64,000 nucleotides of DNA from an uncultured Planctomycetota bacterium. Lineage in GTDB: Bacteria; Planctomycetota; Planctomycetia; Pirellulales; Lacipirellulaceae. Shown piece after piece: positions 33,476 through 43,498 of the stretch (the first letter of the stretch is position 1; each line of letters opens with the position of its first letter). The position numbers and the translations under genes were made by a program. The notes below the pieces were generated by a model. The model was not told where the DNA came from, ran no database searches, and was given only the letters and a program-made list of their open reading frames with translations. Where the stretch lies: NCBI GenBank assembly GCA_963719315.1, contig CAVRBU010000002.1, positions 2,048,001 through 2,112,000 of the forward strand. Direction: 5' to 3'.

Positions 33476-33502
33476 GTAGGTCCCTTCTGCCGGAAGGGAC
33501 CT
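33476..33502. repeat. GTAG-REP singlet
   Basis: gtaggtcccttctgccggaagggacct, identical to 57824-57850. Confidence 0.85.
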
Positions 33503-33582
33503 TTGCGGCGAGTGGCCGGGGTCGAGTCGAAGGCGACCCCCCCCCAGTGCAGTTCAACCGGCACTGCCGTAGAATGCGGTGC

Positions 33583-34257
33583 ATGAATCAACGGTTGGCC
33601 GATTATCGAGTTTTCTGGCGCCAATTTCGCGAGTCGTACCACACCACCGGCGCGGTGCTTCCGAGTGGCCGCGGATTGTCTCTCGCGCTGGCCCATTTCG
33701 TTCGCCGCGGCGATACTCCCACCGGCGAGGCCGCTTCAGCGGCCGGGTCACGCCCGCGACGCATCCTTGAAGTCGGTCCTGGTACCGGGGCCGTCACCGC
33801 ACAAATCGCCCGCGAGATGCGGTCCGACGATCGGTTGACGCTCGTCGAACGAAACGAGGAGTTCGTCGGGCACTTGCGCGAGCAATTAAATTCGCTGGCC
33901 GCATTTCAATCGGCGCGCGAGCGAATAAAGCTTGTCCACAGCAGCGTCGAAGACCTTCCCGACAGCGAACCATACGATCGAATCATCTCGGGCCTCCCGC
34001 TCAACAATTTCAGCATCGAGCTGGTCGATCGACTCCTGGCCAAGATGCAGAAGTTGCTCGCGCCGGGCGGCGTGTTGAGTTTCTTCGAATACGTGGCCAT
34101 TCGCCGTGCCAAAGCGATGGTCAGTTCGCGCACCGACCGCGAGCGTCTACGCGGCATCGAACAATTGCTCGGCAATTTACTGCGAGCGTCCGAAATCCGC
34201 CGCGATCTGGTGCTCGCCAACGTGCCGCCAGCATGGGTGCATCATGTGAGGCTGTAG
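33583..34257 (+). CDS. SAM-dependent lipid N-methyltransferase (PmtA/OlsG-like)
   Basis: TGAVLPSG, ILEVGPGTGAVT, IISGLPLNNF, NVPPAWV. Confidence 0.8.
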   Translation: MNQRLADYRVFWRQFRESYHTTGAVLPSGRGLSLALAHFVRRGDTPTGEAASAAGSRPRRILEVGPGTGAVTAQIAREMRSDDRLTLVERNEEFVGHLREQLNSLAAFQSARERIKLVHSSVEDLPDSEPYDRIISGLPLNNFSIELVDRLLAKMQKLLAPGGVLSFFEYVAIRRAKAMVSSRTDRERLRGIEQLLGNLLRASEIRRDLVLANVPPAWVHHVRL

Positions 34258-34328
34258 GTTTAAGGTGTAAGTCGTAAGTAACCAGCTTCTGACTTTCACT
34301 TACACCTTAAACCTTACGGCTTACACCT
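34253..34328. repeat. Inverted heptamer array (GTGTAAG / CTTACAC)
   Basis: tgtaggtttaaggtgtaagtcgtaagt...acttacaccttaaaccttacggcttacacct. Confidence 0.8.
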
Positions 34329-34339
34329 CCCACGTCACA

Positions 34340-35377
34340 ATGAAGCTCCTCACTATCGAAACCACCTGCGACGAAACGGCCGCCGCCGTCATTACGGACC
34401 GGCTGGAAGTGCTGTCGTCCGTCGTGGCCTCGCAGGACGCGCTTCACAAGCAGTTCGGCGGCGTCGTGCCGGAGATTGCTTCGCGGGCGCATGTCGAACG
34501 AATCTTGCCCGTCATTGACGAAGCGCTGCGTAAAGCAAACGTCAAACTCACCGATCTCGATGCCGTGGCAGTCGCCAACACGCCGGGCTTGGCCGGTTCG
34601 CTGCTGGTCGGACTAACCGCGGCCAAGACGCTTTGCGTGGCGTGCGATTTGCCGTTGTTGGCCGTGAACCATTTGCAGGCACACATTTACGCCTGCCGGC
34701 TGGCTAGCGGTCGCGATGTGTTCCCTTGCGTCGGCCTGGTCGTGAGCGGCGGCCATTCGAATCTATACCGCTGCGAAGGTCCAACTGATTTCACCCCTTT
34801 GGGCGGCACGATCGACGACGCGGCCGGCGAAGCGTTCGACAAGGTCGCTAGCCTGTTGGGCTTGCCCTACCCGGGCGGCCCCAGCATCGAACGAACGGCC
34901 CGAAACGGCGATCCCCGCCGCCACCGCTTCCCGCGTCCGCTGCTGGATAACCCTGACCGACTCGATTTCAGTTTCAGCGGCCTCAAAACGGCTGTCCGCT
35001 ATTTGATCGTCGGGCCAGGGAAGCCTGAGGATAAAACTGCCGCGACCAATTTGACGCCAAAGGAATTGGCCAACGTCGCTGCTAGCTTCCAAGAAGCAGT
35101 GATCGATTGCCTGGTCGGCAAGGCCGAGTTGGCCCTCGCAAGAACCGGCTACGGTACACTGTGCGTCGGCGGCGGTGTGGCTGCCAACGGCCGATTCCGC
35201 GCAAGATTGGAAGAATCGGCAAATGAAAAAGGCTACGACTTGCACGTGCCGCCGCTCTCCCTCTGCACCGACAACGCCGTAATGGGAGCCATCGCCGTCG
35301 AGCGGCTCCGGGCTGGCTTGTTCGAGGATCTGTCGCTGGACATCAATCCAGTGCCGGAACGTGCCGCCGCGCAATAA
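34340..35377 (+). CDS. tsaD: tRNA N6-threonylcarbamoyltransferase
   Basis: IETTCDET, GGVVPEIASRAH, NHLQAH, VSGGH, DDAAGEAFDK, CTDNAVM. Confidence 0.97.
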   Translation: MKLLTIETTCDETAAAVITDRLEVLSSVVASQDALHKQFGGVVPEIASRAHVERILPVIDEALRKANVKLTDLDAVAVANTPGLAGSLLVGLTAAKTLCVACDLPLLAVNHLQAHIYACRLASGRDVFPCVGLVVSGGHSNLYRCEGPTDFTPLGGTIDDAAGEAFDKVASLLGLPYPGGPSIERTARNGDPRRHRFPRPLLDNPDRLDFSFSGLKTAVRYLIVGPGKPEDKTAATNLTPKELANVAASFQEAVIDCLVGKAELALARTGYGTLCVGGGVAANGRFRARLEESANEKGYDLHVPPLSLCTDNAVMGAIAVERLRAGLFEDLSLDINPVPERAAAQ

Positions 35378-35378
35378 T

Positions 35379-35412
35379 AAACGCGGCCCGAACCGAAGTT
35401 CAGACCGCGTTT
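35379..35412 (+). terminator. Possible intrinsic terminator after tsaD
   Basis: aaacgcgg...ccgcgttt hairpin followed by agtttg. Confidence 0.4.
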
Positions 35413-35540
35413 AGTTTGCTTCGCCCAAATCGCCAAATAACCCGGCTCCATCCGTCAATAATTGCATCCTGCGGATTGGTGGCCAGCATGCACGGCCGTA
35501 ATCCAGCTAGCAATTAGCCGCAGTCATCGCGGCAAAAGGG

Positions 35541-36041
35541 TTAGTATTGCTGACGCTGGCAGTTTGGGCAGTACGGCTGAGCTTCACCCGTCGGCTTCAG
35601 TGTAACGTGCGTGATGGCAGTCGAACGCTCGCCCAACTTGTGGCTGGCAAGAATCTGCTTCCACTCATCTTGCTTGATTTGCCCCGTCTTGTGGAAGATC
35701 ACTACCGAGCCGGTCTTGTCGATAATGGCCACATGCGGAAAATCCTTGGCATGGAAAGCCTTGGCCACCTTTTGGCCGTAGTCGGTGGTCACATCGACAT
35801 GGCACAAATGGTAGGGGCTCAGCAACTTCGAATTGTCGCCGGTCGCATCATCTTCGCTCAATAGAGCCGGCTCGAGCGCAGCCTTTTCGCTGCCGGGCTT
35901 ATCGAGGACGACCAGTAGCGGGTCTTGGCCAGCGCGAGTCGCCTCGAGCGCCTTTCCATAGCTATGGTCCCATTGCGGCGCCTTGGGGGACGCCGCCATC
36001 ATGCTGATCGCCATAGTAGCGGTCGCAAGAAAATTAATCAT
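35541..36041 (-). CDS. Secreted thioredoxin-like-fold hypothetical protein with C-terminal CPNC
   Basis: AAGGAG RBS; signal peptide; WDHSYGKAL...LLVVLD, CHVD, FPHVAIIDKTG. Confidence 0.7.
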   Translation of the reverse strand: MINFLATATMAISMMAASPKAPQWDHSYGKALEATRAGQDPLLVVLDKPGSEKAALEPALLSEDDATGDNSKLLSPYHLCHVDVTTDYGQKVAKAFHAKDFPHVAIIDKTGSVVIFHKTGQIKQDEWKQILASHKLGERSTAITHVTLKPTGEAQPYCPNCQRQQY

Positions 36042-36105
36042 CGTAAAGAACTCCTTCTTCCTAAATGCTCCAGGCGTGCCGCATCGGCTTTCAAAATCTA
36101 TTCGA

Positions 36106-36286
36106 CTGCCTTGAACCCCACGATGCAGGCATCGCTGAGTCTGACAAACATTGGAATCAGAATACCTGGCAGGGCGAAGCTTGCGATGCCAGCAAAAGAC
36201 CCGAGGTCGTATTCCAATCAAACGGGAGGGGGTTCAAAGGCAGGTGTACTCGACCAAATCGTGCGTTCTTGCACTTGGTGAGTACC
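36106..36286 (-). ncRNA. Candidate structured leader RNA
   Basis: Nested complementary segments, listed in the corresponding finding. Confidence 0.45.
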
Positions 36287-36577
36287 ATGGCAAGTTACCG
36301 GAACGCGAAGCGCGTTCAAGGGGGCAGCTAGCAGCAACTTTGCTGAAAACGCAAACCGCGCTGGATAAGGACCGCGGGGGGTTCGTGAAGCAACACGCAA
36401 CTAATTCCGAGAAAACCAGCACGATCTGGGCATTGCGGCAAGCAAGCCGCGTGATCGGCCGCTCGCAAAATAAAAAATCGTGCCAATTCAAAATGGCGCG
36501 TAGATAGGATGGCTGCAAAAAGTGGGAGTTTTGCAGTCACCCCTTGACGTGGTAGCGAACCGCTCTCCGCGTTTTCG

Positions 36578-37741
36578 CTAGCTTGAACCCAAAGTGACTG
36601 GCACTTGCAACTGCCGGCCTTGGCGAAGAATCGTCAGCACGACTTGCTCGCCCGGCTGGTGCTCTTCGATCTTGTCGACAAAGGCACTCGCCGAATCTAC
36701 GGGCTGGCCTCCCACGGCGACAATGATGTCGGCGTTGCTTGGGTCTTGTCGTTCAACGTCATACGCCAGAGGCCCGCGAGTCACGCGTCGGCGGACCATC
36801 TTCCAGCCTTGCAGTCCGGCCTTTTCGGCGGGACCGCCTTTATTGACCTCGACGATTTGCAGGCCTTGCTTGATCTCTTTGACTGCCACGATGCCGATAT
36901 CGGCCCGCGTGACTTTGCCGTGCTCGATGAGCTGCGGGACGATTTGGCGGATGCGATTAATCGGAATCGCGAAACCCAAGCCGGCGTTTTGGCCCGTTTT
37001 GGTCGCAATGGCGACGTTCATCCCAATCATTCGGCCGCTGGTATCCAGCAGCGGACCGCCGGAGTTGCCGGGGTTCATGGCGGCGTCGGTCTGAATGATC
37101 GACTTCATATCGTGGCCGGTCCGACTAGGCAGCGTGCGGTTCAGGTTGGAAATGATGCCCGTCGTCAGAGTTCCTTCCAGGCCAAACGGATTGCCGAGCG
37201 TGTAGACGCGCTGGCCAACGCGGAGATTCTCGGAGGTGCCGATCGGCACCGGGTACAATTCCTCGGGCGGCGCGTTGATTTTGAGCACGGCGATGTCATT
37301 ATCCGGGTCTTCGCCCACGACTTCGCCTTCATACGGATCTTTGCCGCCGGGCAACGTGACCCAGACTTTGTTGGCGTCTTCCACCACATGGAAGTTGGTG
37401 AGGATGTGCCCTTGTTTATCAAGGACGGCTCCCGAACCGGCACCCTCGCCGGGGGTGGGGAGCTTGAAGAAGCTGTCGTAACTGACCGTTCGCACGAGAA
37501 CGTTGACCACGCCGCGGTTACAGCCGTCGTACACGCGAATATTGGTCAATTCCTCCGGCGTGAGACCGGCATTCGGCGGCAGCGCCGCCGGCAAGATCGG
37601 GGCCGAGATCGCCGGTCCGCGGAGTTCCTGGGCGTTCACCGCCGTGCTAGAAAGAAAATTGCTGTTACCGTCCACCAGCCAGGCGGCGATCGCCCCGCCG
37701 ATGAGTGCACTCAAAACGCAGCAAAGAACTATTTTTTTCAT
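36578..37741 (-). CDS. HtrA/DegP-like serine protease with one PDZ domain
   Basis: LTNFHVV, DIAVLKI, QTDAAMNPGNSGGPL, C-terminal PDZ. Confidence 0.93.
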   Translation of the reverse strand: MKKIVLCCVLSALIGGAIAAWLVDGNSNFLSSTAVNAQELRGPAISAPILPAALPPNAGLTPEELTNIRVYDGCNRGVVNVLVRTVSYDSFFKLPTPGEGAGSGAVLDKQGHILTNFHVVEDANKVWVTLPGGKDPYEGEVVGEDPDNDIAVLKINAPPEELYPVPIGTSENLRVGQRVYTLGNPFGLEGTLTTGIISNLNRTLPSRTGHDMKSIIQTDAAMNPGNSGGPLLDTSGRMIGMNVAIATKTGQNAGLGFAIPINRIRQIVPQLIEHGKVTRADIGIVAVKEIKQGLQIVEVNKGGPAEKAGLQGWKMVRRRVTRGPLAYDVERQDPSNADIIVAVGGQPVDSASAFVDKIEEHQPGEQVVLTILRQGRQLQVPVTLGSS

Positions 37742-38322
37742 GGGTTTCGTAGAGTAAGCAAGAGTCGGGGAAGCGTGTAACTCGCCGGGTCTGGTTGGCG
37801 GGTGGACAAATCGCCACGAGAACCGGTTTTGGCGCCTATACCTCGACCCGTCCCCGAACGGCTTTCTTCAATACGATATATCAGCGACAAACGTTCGCAA
37901 ATATCAGGCCAGCCGGCCCTTGGCCCCCTGACAGGTTGCCGAGGTTGGGAAGAAATCGGGAGAGAATTCGCGAACAAGAGGCGGTTGGCCGCCGCTCGGC
38001 CACGGTGCCACCCCTATGGGTGCATCGGTCTGGGGGACGCAATGGCCGGTCAGTCCTCAAAATCGGGTCGGAGCACGCCGAAAACGGCCTCCGCTGGCCT
38101 GCCGGGGGGCTTGGAAAACTGGGAAAACTATTGGCGTTCGTCCAGCGGCGTGAATAGACTTAGAGTAAGTGGTTATGTCACCCCGTCTTAGGATTTTCCT
38201 GCCAGATAGGGCATCGGGCACAGCATGCCCGATCCTCGAAATCGGGTTGCCGTTTGAATCAATCGGCGTCGCTGCCGGAACGGCGGCTGCCGGGCTTTTC
38301 GTCGTATTTGCGGAGCGTCAAC

Positions 38323-41300
38323 ATGTTGACTGTTCATGGGATTAGGGGCGTCGCTTCAAATGTATTCAAAGGCGCTCTCGTAGCGGCCTTCGCGGTATCG
38401 GTGCTGATCGTTTCGGCGCAAGCGGCCGACTCGAACCAGCCATCCGCTGAGATGACAACCTTCGCGAGCGAAGATGGCCAAACATATTTCGCGCTGAGCG
38501 TTACTCCGCCGGCCGATGCGAAGCCGGCCACGCCGCGCGACATCGTAATCTTGTTCGACACCTCGGCCAGCCAGACCGGCATGTTTCGTGAAACGGGTCT
38601 GGCCGCGCTGGAAGCTTGTTTGGCCAAACTCGATTCGCATGATCGCGTACAGCTCTTCGCCGCCGATTTGGAAGCGCGGCCGATGACGCAGAAGTTCGTG
38701 GCCGCCGGCAGTCCCGAATTGAAAGCCGCGGTCGAAGCGCTCCGCAACGAGCCGCCGTTGGGCTCGACCGATATGGAAAATGTATTACGCACGGCCGCGT
38801 CGAAGTTCGATCAAGCGCGTCCTGATGGTCGCGTGTTGTTCTACATTGGCGACGGTGTCAGCAATGCGAATCTGTTGGGCGCCGATTCCTTCCGTCCGCT
38901 CGTCGGTGAATTGGCGACCGCGCACATCCCGGTGAGCAGCTACGCGATCGGCCCGCAAACAGATGGCCGGCTACTGGCGGCGTTGGCCAACCAAACGGGC
39001 GGAAATCTGTACATCGCCGAACCGATGGAGTTTGCCAACGAAGCCGAGAAAGTCACCGAAGCGCGCGCCAAAGAAGAAAACGTACGCCGCGGTTTTACTG
39101 TTGGCGCCAGCCTCGCGGATTGGGCCCACGCCACCGTGTTCTGGCCGACGAATGTCGCCTGGCCCAGCGAGTTGGCGCAGGTTTATCCGAAGAATCTGAC
39201 GCCGCTGCGAACCGATCGCGACACCGTAACGATCGGCGCCGCGGCCGGACCGCTAAATAAGTCGATTGAAATCCAAGCGCAATTCGTCGCCGACGGAAAG
39301 CCGGTTGAATTACATTGGACTGCTGCTCCGAAGAATGGAGGCAGCAATTACGCCTACTTGCCGCAAGTCGTAAGTGTGGCGAAAGCCGATGACGGCATCA
39401 CGCTGCCCAGCGTTGGCTCGGCCGGTCTCGCCGAAACGGGACGCATTGCGGAAGCCGGCGTCGATAATCTTACCGACCTCGCCGAACGAGCGGTAGCAAC
39501 AGGCGACACGCAGGGTGCGAAAGTCGCCGCTCAGGCCGCGCTCGCCCGCGATCCTGGCAACATCAAAGCGAAGACGGTTCAGCGCGTGATTGAAAAGCAG
39601 GGCACCGAGGCCAGGCAGGTCGCACAAGTGACGGTTCCGCCCGCGGCCGCGCCGGTATTCGGCCCGCCGGCGCCGGCAGCCACTGAAGTATTGCCGCCGC
39701 CCGCCCCGCGTCCGGCCGCGGCCCCAGCGACCCCGCCCAGCAATGACTTAAAACTGGTCCGTCCGACAGCGGCTCTGCCCCCGCAACCGGCCGCCTCGCT
39801 TCCGGCGCCCGCCGCGACGGCGCCACCGGCGCCTGGTTCGCTGACCGATCAATTCGCCGGCAGCGGTGCGCTGCTCGATGAAGTCGATCAACAGCGCCGC
39901 GTCTTCAGCCAGATGCTGCGGCGCGAGGTCGAGAATGCCGTGATCGACGCGCGTAAAGTAATGAGCGACGATCCCGATACGGCGATGCAGAGCCTGAAGC
40001 TGACGCTGCAAAACGTCGAGCGCGCCCCTGCACTCACCCCCGACGTTCGCGCGCAACTCACCGACAAACTGCAGACCGCGCTCCGCGAAGCCCAATACGC
40101 CTCCGTTGTCAAGGACGATCTGGACCGAGAGCGCGAGGAAGCCTACGCGGCCGCCCGCGAGCAGCGGTTGCTCAACGACCGCATGGCCCGCGACCGCGAA
40201 AAGGAAAAGCAACTCGTCGACCGCTTCAACGCGCTGATTGACGAAGGTCACTACGACGAAGCCCTGGATGTTGCCGGCACGATCGGCGAAGTCGACCCGA
40301 CGGGTGTGACCCCCGTCGTGGCCGTTGCAACGACGGAGTTCCGGCGCAACAACTACTTGATGCAGTTGACTCGCGCGGAGCGCTGGACCGCGTTCTTCGA
40401 TACGCTGTACGAAGTCGAAAAATCGGCCGTTCCGTTCCCAGACGATCCACCCATTATTTATCCGGCGGCGCCGATATGGGAGGACCTCTCCAATCGCCGC
40501 AAAGACCGTTACGGCTCGATGGATTTGAAGGCCACCGGCGAAGCGGAGCAGAACATCGAAAAGGCCCTCCGGTCGCCGCTGCATAGCAGCGGTCTCGATT
40601 TTACCGAACAACCGTTGAACGATGCCATCGCGACGTTAAGAGATGATTATGGCATTGAAATCCAGATCGACAAGCAGGCGCTGGAAGCCGTAGGTGTCCG
40701 TCCCGACGAACCGGTGAGTATCAATTTGCACAATGTATCGCTGCGCTCGGCGCTGCGGCTGATGCTCAAAAACCTGCAACTGACCTACATCATTCAGGAC
40801 GAAGTCCTGATGATCACCACGCCCGATGAGGCCGAGAAGACGTTGACCGTTAAGGTGTATCCGGTTGCCGATCTCGTGCTGCCCATCGATGCCACGTTGC
40901 TGCAACAGAACGGCGGCGGCGGCGGTATCGGCGGCCAGCAAGGCGGTGGTGGCGGCGGCTTCGGCGGACAGGGCGGCGGTGGTGGCGGCTTCGGCGGCGG
41001 CGGTGGCGGCTTCGGCGGCGGACAGGGCGGCGGTGGCGGCGGCTTCTTCAGCGTCCCCGACGATGCGAGTGCTGCTCAAACTGCCGCTCCGGCCACTTCG
41101 ACCAAGTCCGCGACGATTGCTCAGCCTGCCAAGCAGGTTTCCCCAATCGCGGTGGATGCGTCGAAATCACCGGACGCTTTTTGGAACGCATATTTCGCCG
41201 GCCAGCGGGCCGACGCGGCCGTTGTTCGCGAAACCGTCCGCCAATTGATGGGCGAGAAGCAGCACGATCAGGTAATCGCCCTGATCAACGCGGCGCTGCG

Positions 41301-42492
41301 CAATGGTCAGCCGCAACCGTGGATGTACGAATCACTCGGCATCGCCATGCAACTGAGCGGCCGCTCGAAGACCGACATCGAGCGGGCCGTCATGTCGGCC
41401 GCCGACTTCAGCACCTCGGCCGATGAACTCATGTACATCGCCCAATACTTGACCCGCATCGGGCTCGATCGGCGGGCGATGCTCGTTTGCCAGCAGGTTG
41501 CGAAGGTTGTGCCGCTGCGTGGCGAGGCTTACGCCCTTGGTTTGCGTGCCGCCGAGCAATGCAATGATCTTGCCGGTGTCCGCTGGGCAACCGTCGGCAT
41601 CCTCAGCCAGGCCTGGCCGTCGAACATGGCCGAGATCGAAGCGACCGCTAACCGCGTAGCCAAGGCCTCGCTCGATCGCCTGGCGAGCGAAGGCAAAACC
41701 GCCGAGCGTGAGGCGTACCTCAAGCAATTACAGGATGCCGTCGTCCGCGATTGCGTCGTTCGCGTGTCGTGGACCGGCAACGCCGATGTCGATGTTTCCG
41801 TTGAGGAACCCACCGGCACGGTCTGCTCCATTGCCGATCCGCGCACCGCCGGCGGCGGCGTTAACCTCGGCGATGCTTATGCGGTCGAAGGCAAACCGAA
41901 CGACAGTTCAAGCGAAGTGTACGTTTGCCCGAAGGGGTTCGCTGGCACGTACCGCGTGATGATTCATCGCGTCTGGGGCGAAGTGGCAGCCGGCAAGGTG
42001 ACTGTCGATGTCGACACGCACTTCCATTCAGGCGATACGCAGCACGAACGCCAGCAGCTCGAGCTCAATGATAAGGACGCGTTGGTCGTCTTCGATCTCA
42101 ACCGCGGGCGTCGGACCGAGCCGATCGAAACGGCCCAGCTTGCGAGTGCTGCTAAGCGGCAACAAACGTTGAGCCGTTCCGTGCTCGCCCAGCAGCTCAA
42201 TAGCGGTTCCGATCCGCGCGTGGCGCCTGTCCGGCCATTTTCTCCGTTCGCGGGCCGAGGCGCCTTTTTGGGCGGCGGCGCTGTCGGATTCCAGCCAATC
42301 GTGCAGACGTTGCCCGAAGGTCGGATGATGACCGCGTCGGGTGTGGTCTCAGCGGATCGGCGTTATGTGCGAATCGCCGTGGCGCCGATTTTCTCGAACA
42401 TCGGCGACGTGCAGACGTTTACATTTGCCGGCCAAGCGAATCCGACACCCGGAGGCGCCGGCGGGGCTGGCGGAGCAGGCGTGCTCCCCTAG
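38323..42492 (+). CDS. Large secreted multidomain protein: VWA + secretin-N-like + Gly-rich + TPR-like + YfaP/DUF2135-like + secretin-like hairpin
   Basis: LFDTSASQ / IGDG (MIDAS); NVSLRSALRLML...VKVYPVADLV; VSWTGNADVDVSVEEP; GVVSADRRYVRIAVAPIFS. Confidence 0.8.
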   Translation: MLTVHGIRGVASNVFKGALVAAFAVSVLIVSAQAADSNQPSAEMTTFASEDGQTYFALSVTPPADAKPATPRDIVILFDTSASQTGMFRETGLAALEACLAKLDSHDRVQLFAADLEARPMTQKFVAAGSPELKAAVEALRNEPPLGSTDMENVLRTAASKFDQARPDGRVLFYIGDGVSNANLLGADSFRPLVGELATAHIPVSSYAIGPQTDGRLLAALANQTGGNLYIAEPMEFANEAEKVTEARAKEENVRRGFTVGASLADWAHATVFWPTNVAWPSELAQVYPKNLTPLRTDRDTVTIGAAAGPLNKSIEIQAQFVADGKPVELHWTAAPKNGGSNYAYLPQVVSVAKADDGITLPSVGSAGLAETGRIAEAGVDNLTDLAERAVATGDTQGAKVAAQAALARDPGNIKAKTVQRVIEKQGTEARQVAQVTVPPAAAPVFGPPAPAATEVLPPPAPRPAAAPATPPSNDLKLVRPTAALPPQPAASLPAPAATAPPAPGSLTDQFAGSGALLDEVDQQRRVFSQMLRREVENAVIDARKVMSDDPDTAMQSLKLTLQNVERAPALTPDVRAQLTDKLQTALREAQYASVVKDDLDREREEAYAAAREQRLLNDRMARDREKEKQLVDRFNALIDEGHYDEALDVAGTIGEVDPTGVTPVVAVATTEFRRNNYLMQLTRAERWTAFFDTLYEVEKSAVPFPDDPPIIYPAAPIWEDLSNRRKDRYGSMDLKATGEAEQNIEKALRSPLHSSGLDFTEQPLNDAIATLRDDYGIEIQIDKQALEAVGVRPDEPVSINLHNVSLRSALRLMLKNLQLTYIIQDEVLMITTPDEAEKTLTVKVYPVADLVLPIDATLLQQNGGGGGIGGQQGGGGGGFGGQGGGGGGFGGGGGGFGGGQGGGGGGFFSVPDDASAAQTAAPATSTKSATIAQPAKQVSPIAVDASKSPDAFWNAYFAGQRADAAVVRETVRQLMGEKQHDQVIALINAALRNGQPQPWMYESLGIAMQLSGRSKTDIERAVMSAADFSTSADELMYIAQYLTRIGLDRRAMLVCQQVAKVVPLRGEAYALGLRAAEQCNDLAGVRWATVGILSQAWPSNMAEIEATANRVAKASLDRLASEGKTAEREAYLKQLQDAVVRDCVVRVSWTGNADVDVSVEEPTGTVCSIADPRTAGGGVNLGDAYAVEGKPNDSSSEVYVCPKGFAGTYRVMIHRVWGEVAAGKVTVDVDTHFHSGDTQHERQQLELNDKDALVVFDLNRGRRTEPIETAQLASAAKRQQTLSRSVLAQQLNSGSDPRVAPVRPFSPFAGRGAFLGGGAVGFQPIVQTLPEGRMMTASGVVSADRRYVRIAVAPIFSNIGDVQTFTFAGQANPTPGGAGGAGGAGVLP

Positions 42493-42495
42493 TTG

Positions 42496-43413
42496 TCACA
42501 CCTGAGTCGCCAAGAGCCACACTAGAATACCCTTTTGCACGTGCATCCGGTTCGTGGCCTGCGCGACCACCACGCTATTGGGTCCGTCGATCACTTCATC
42601 GGTGACTTCTTCGCCCCGATGAGCGGGCAGGCAGTGCAAGAAGATCGCGTCCTTCGGCGCGTCGGCCATCAGCTTCGCGTTCACTTGATAATCGGCGAAA
42701 TCGCGCTTCCGCTGTTCGCGCTCGCTCTCCTGGCCCATGCTGGCCCACACGTCGGTGTACACAGCGGCCGCTTCGCGCACGGCCGCGCGCGGATCGTGCG
42801 TCGTCGTGAGATCGAGCGCCGGTAGCGCCTGCTTTGCTTCGCGAACGAATTCGGCATCGAGTTCGTAACCGGGCGGCGTGCAGACGGTCAGCCGCACGCC
42901 GAGGTGGCCGCATCCTTCCACCAAACTGCGGGCCACGTTGTTCCCGTCGCCGACCCACGTCAAATGCAAGTCCTTAAGCGCACCGCAATTCTCTCGAAGC
43001 GTAAATAAATCGGCTAGCACCTGGCACGGATGGGCGAGATCGGTGAGGCCGTTGATCACCGCGCATGACGCGTGTTCGGCAAACTCCACGACCGTCGCAT
43101 GCCGTTTGGACCGCATTACGACGACATCCACCATTTCGCTCAACACCCGGGCGAAATCGGCCACACTCTCGCGTTTGCCGAAGCCGGTGTCGTCGCCCAG
43201 CATGATGCTGCCGCCGCCCAATTGCACGATGCCGGCTTCAAAGCTGACGCGCGTTCGCAGCGATTGCTTTTCGAACAACAGCGCCAGCACGCGCCCGGGC
43301 AGCAAGGCCTCGCGCAGGCCTTGGGAGAATTTCGTCTTCAAATCCTCGGTGATTGCAAAGATCCGCTGGATCTCGGCGTCGGAAACGTCGGCGAGTGTCA
43401 GCAAGTGCCGCAT
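42496..43413 (-). CDS. argF: Ornithine carbamoyltransferase
   Basis: FEKQSLRTR, HPCQ, GDGNNV, DVWASMG, HCLP. Confidence 0.95.
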   Translation of the reverse strand: MRHLLTLADVSDAEIQRIFAITEDLKTKFSQGLREALLPGRVLALLFEKQSLRTRVSFEAGIVQLGGGSIMLGDDTGFGKRESVADFARVLSEMVDVVVMRSKRHATVVEFAEHASCAVINGLTDLAHPCQVLADLFTLRENCGALKDLHLTWVGDGNNVARSLVEGCGHLGVRLTVCTPPGYELDAEFVREAKQALPALDLTTTHDPRAAVREAAAVYTDVWASMGQESEREQRKRDFADYQVNAKLMADAPKDAIFLHCLPAHRGEEVTDEVIDGPNSVVVAQATNRMHVQKGILVWLLATQV

Positions 43414-43422
43414 GGTAATAGC

Positions 43423-43497
43423 AGAGGGCATGGAGCAGGGAGCATGGAGGTGGGTGTACGAAGTTCGGTGTCTGACTCCCCGCTCCCTGCTCCTTGC
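43423..43497. repeat. Inverted heptamer array (GGAGCAG/GGAGCAT) between argD and argF
   Basis: agagggcatggagcagggagcatggag...ctccccgctccctgctccttgc. Confidence 0.75.
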
Positions 43498-43498
43498 C

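Noticed and set aside
40910..41050. GGC-rich tandem repeat as a separate DNA element
   Set aside because: It encodes the in-frame Gly-rich linker of the VWA protein.
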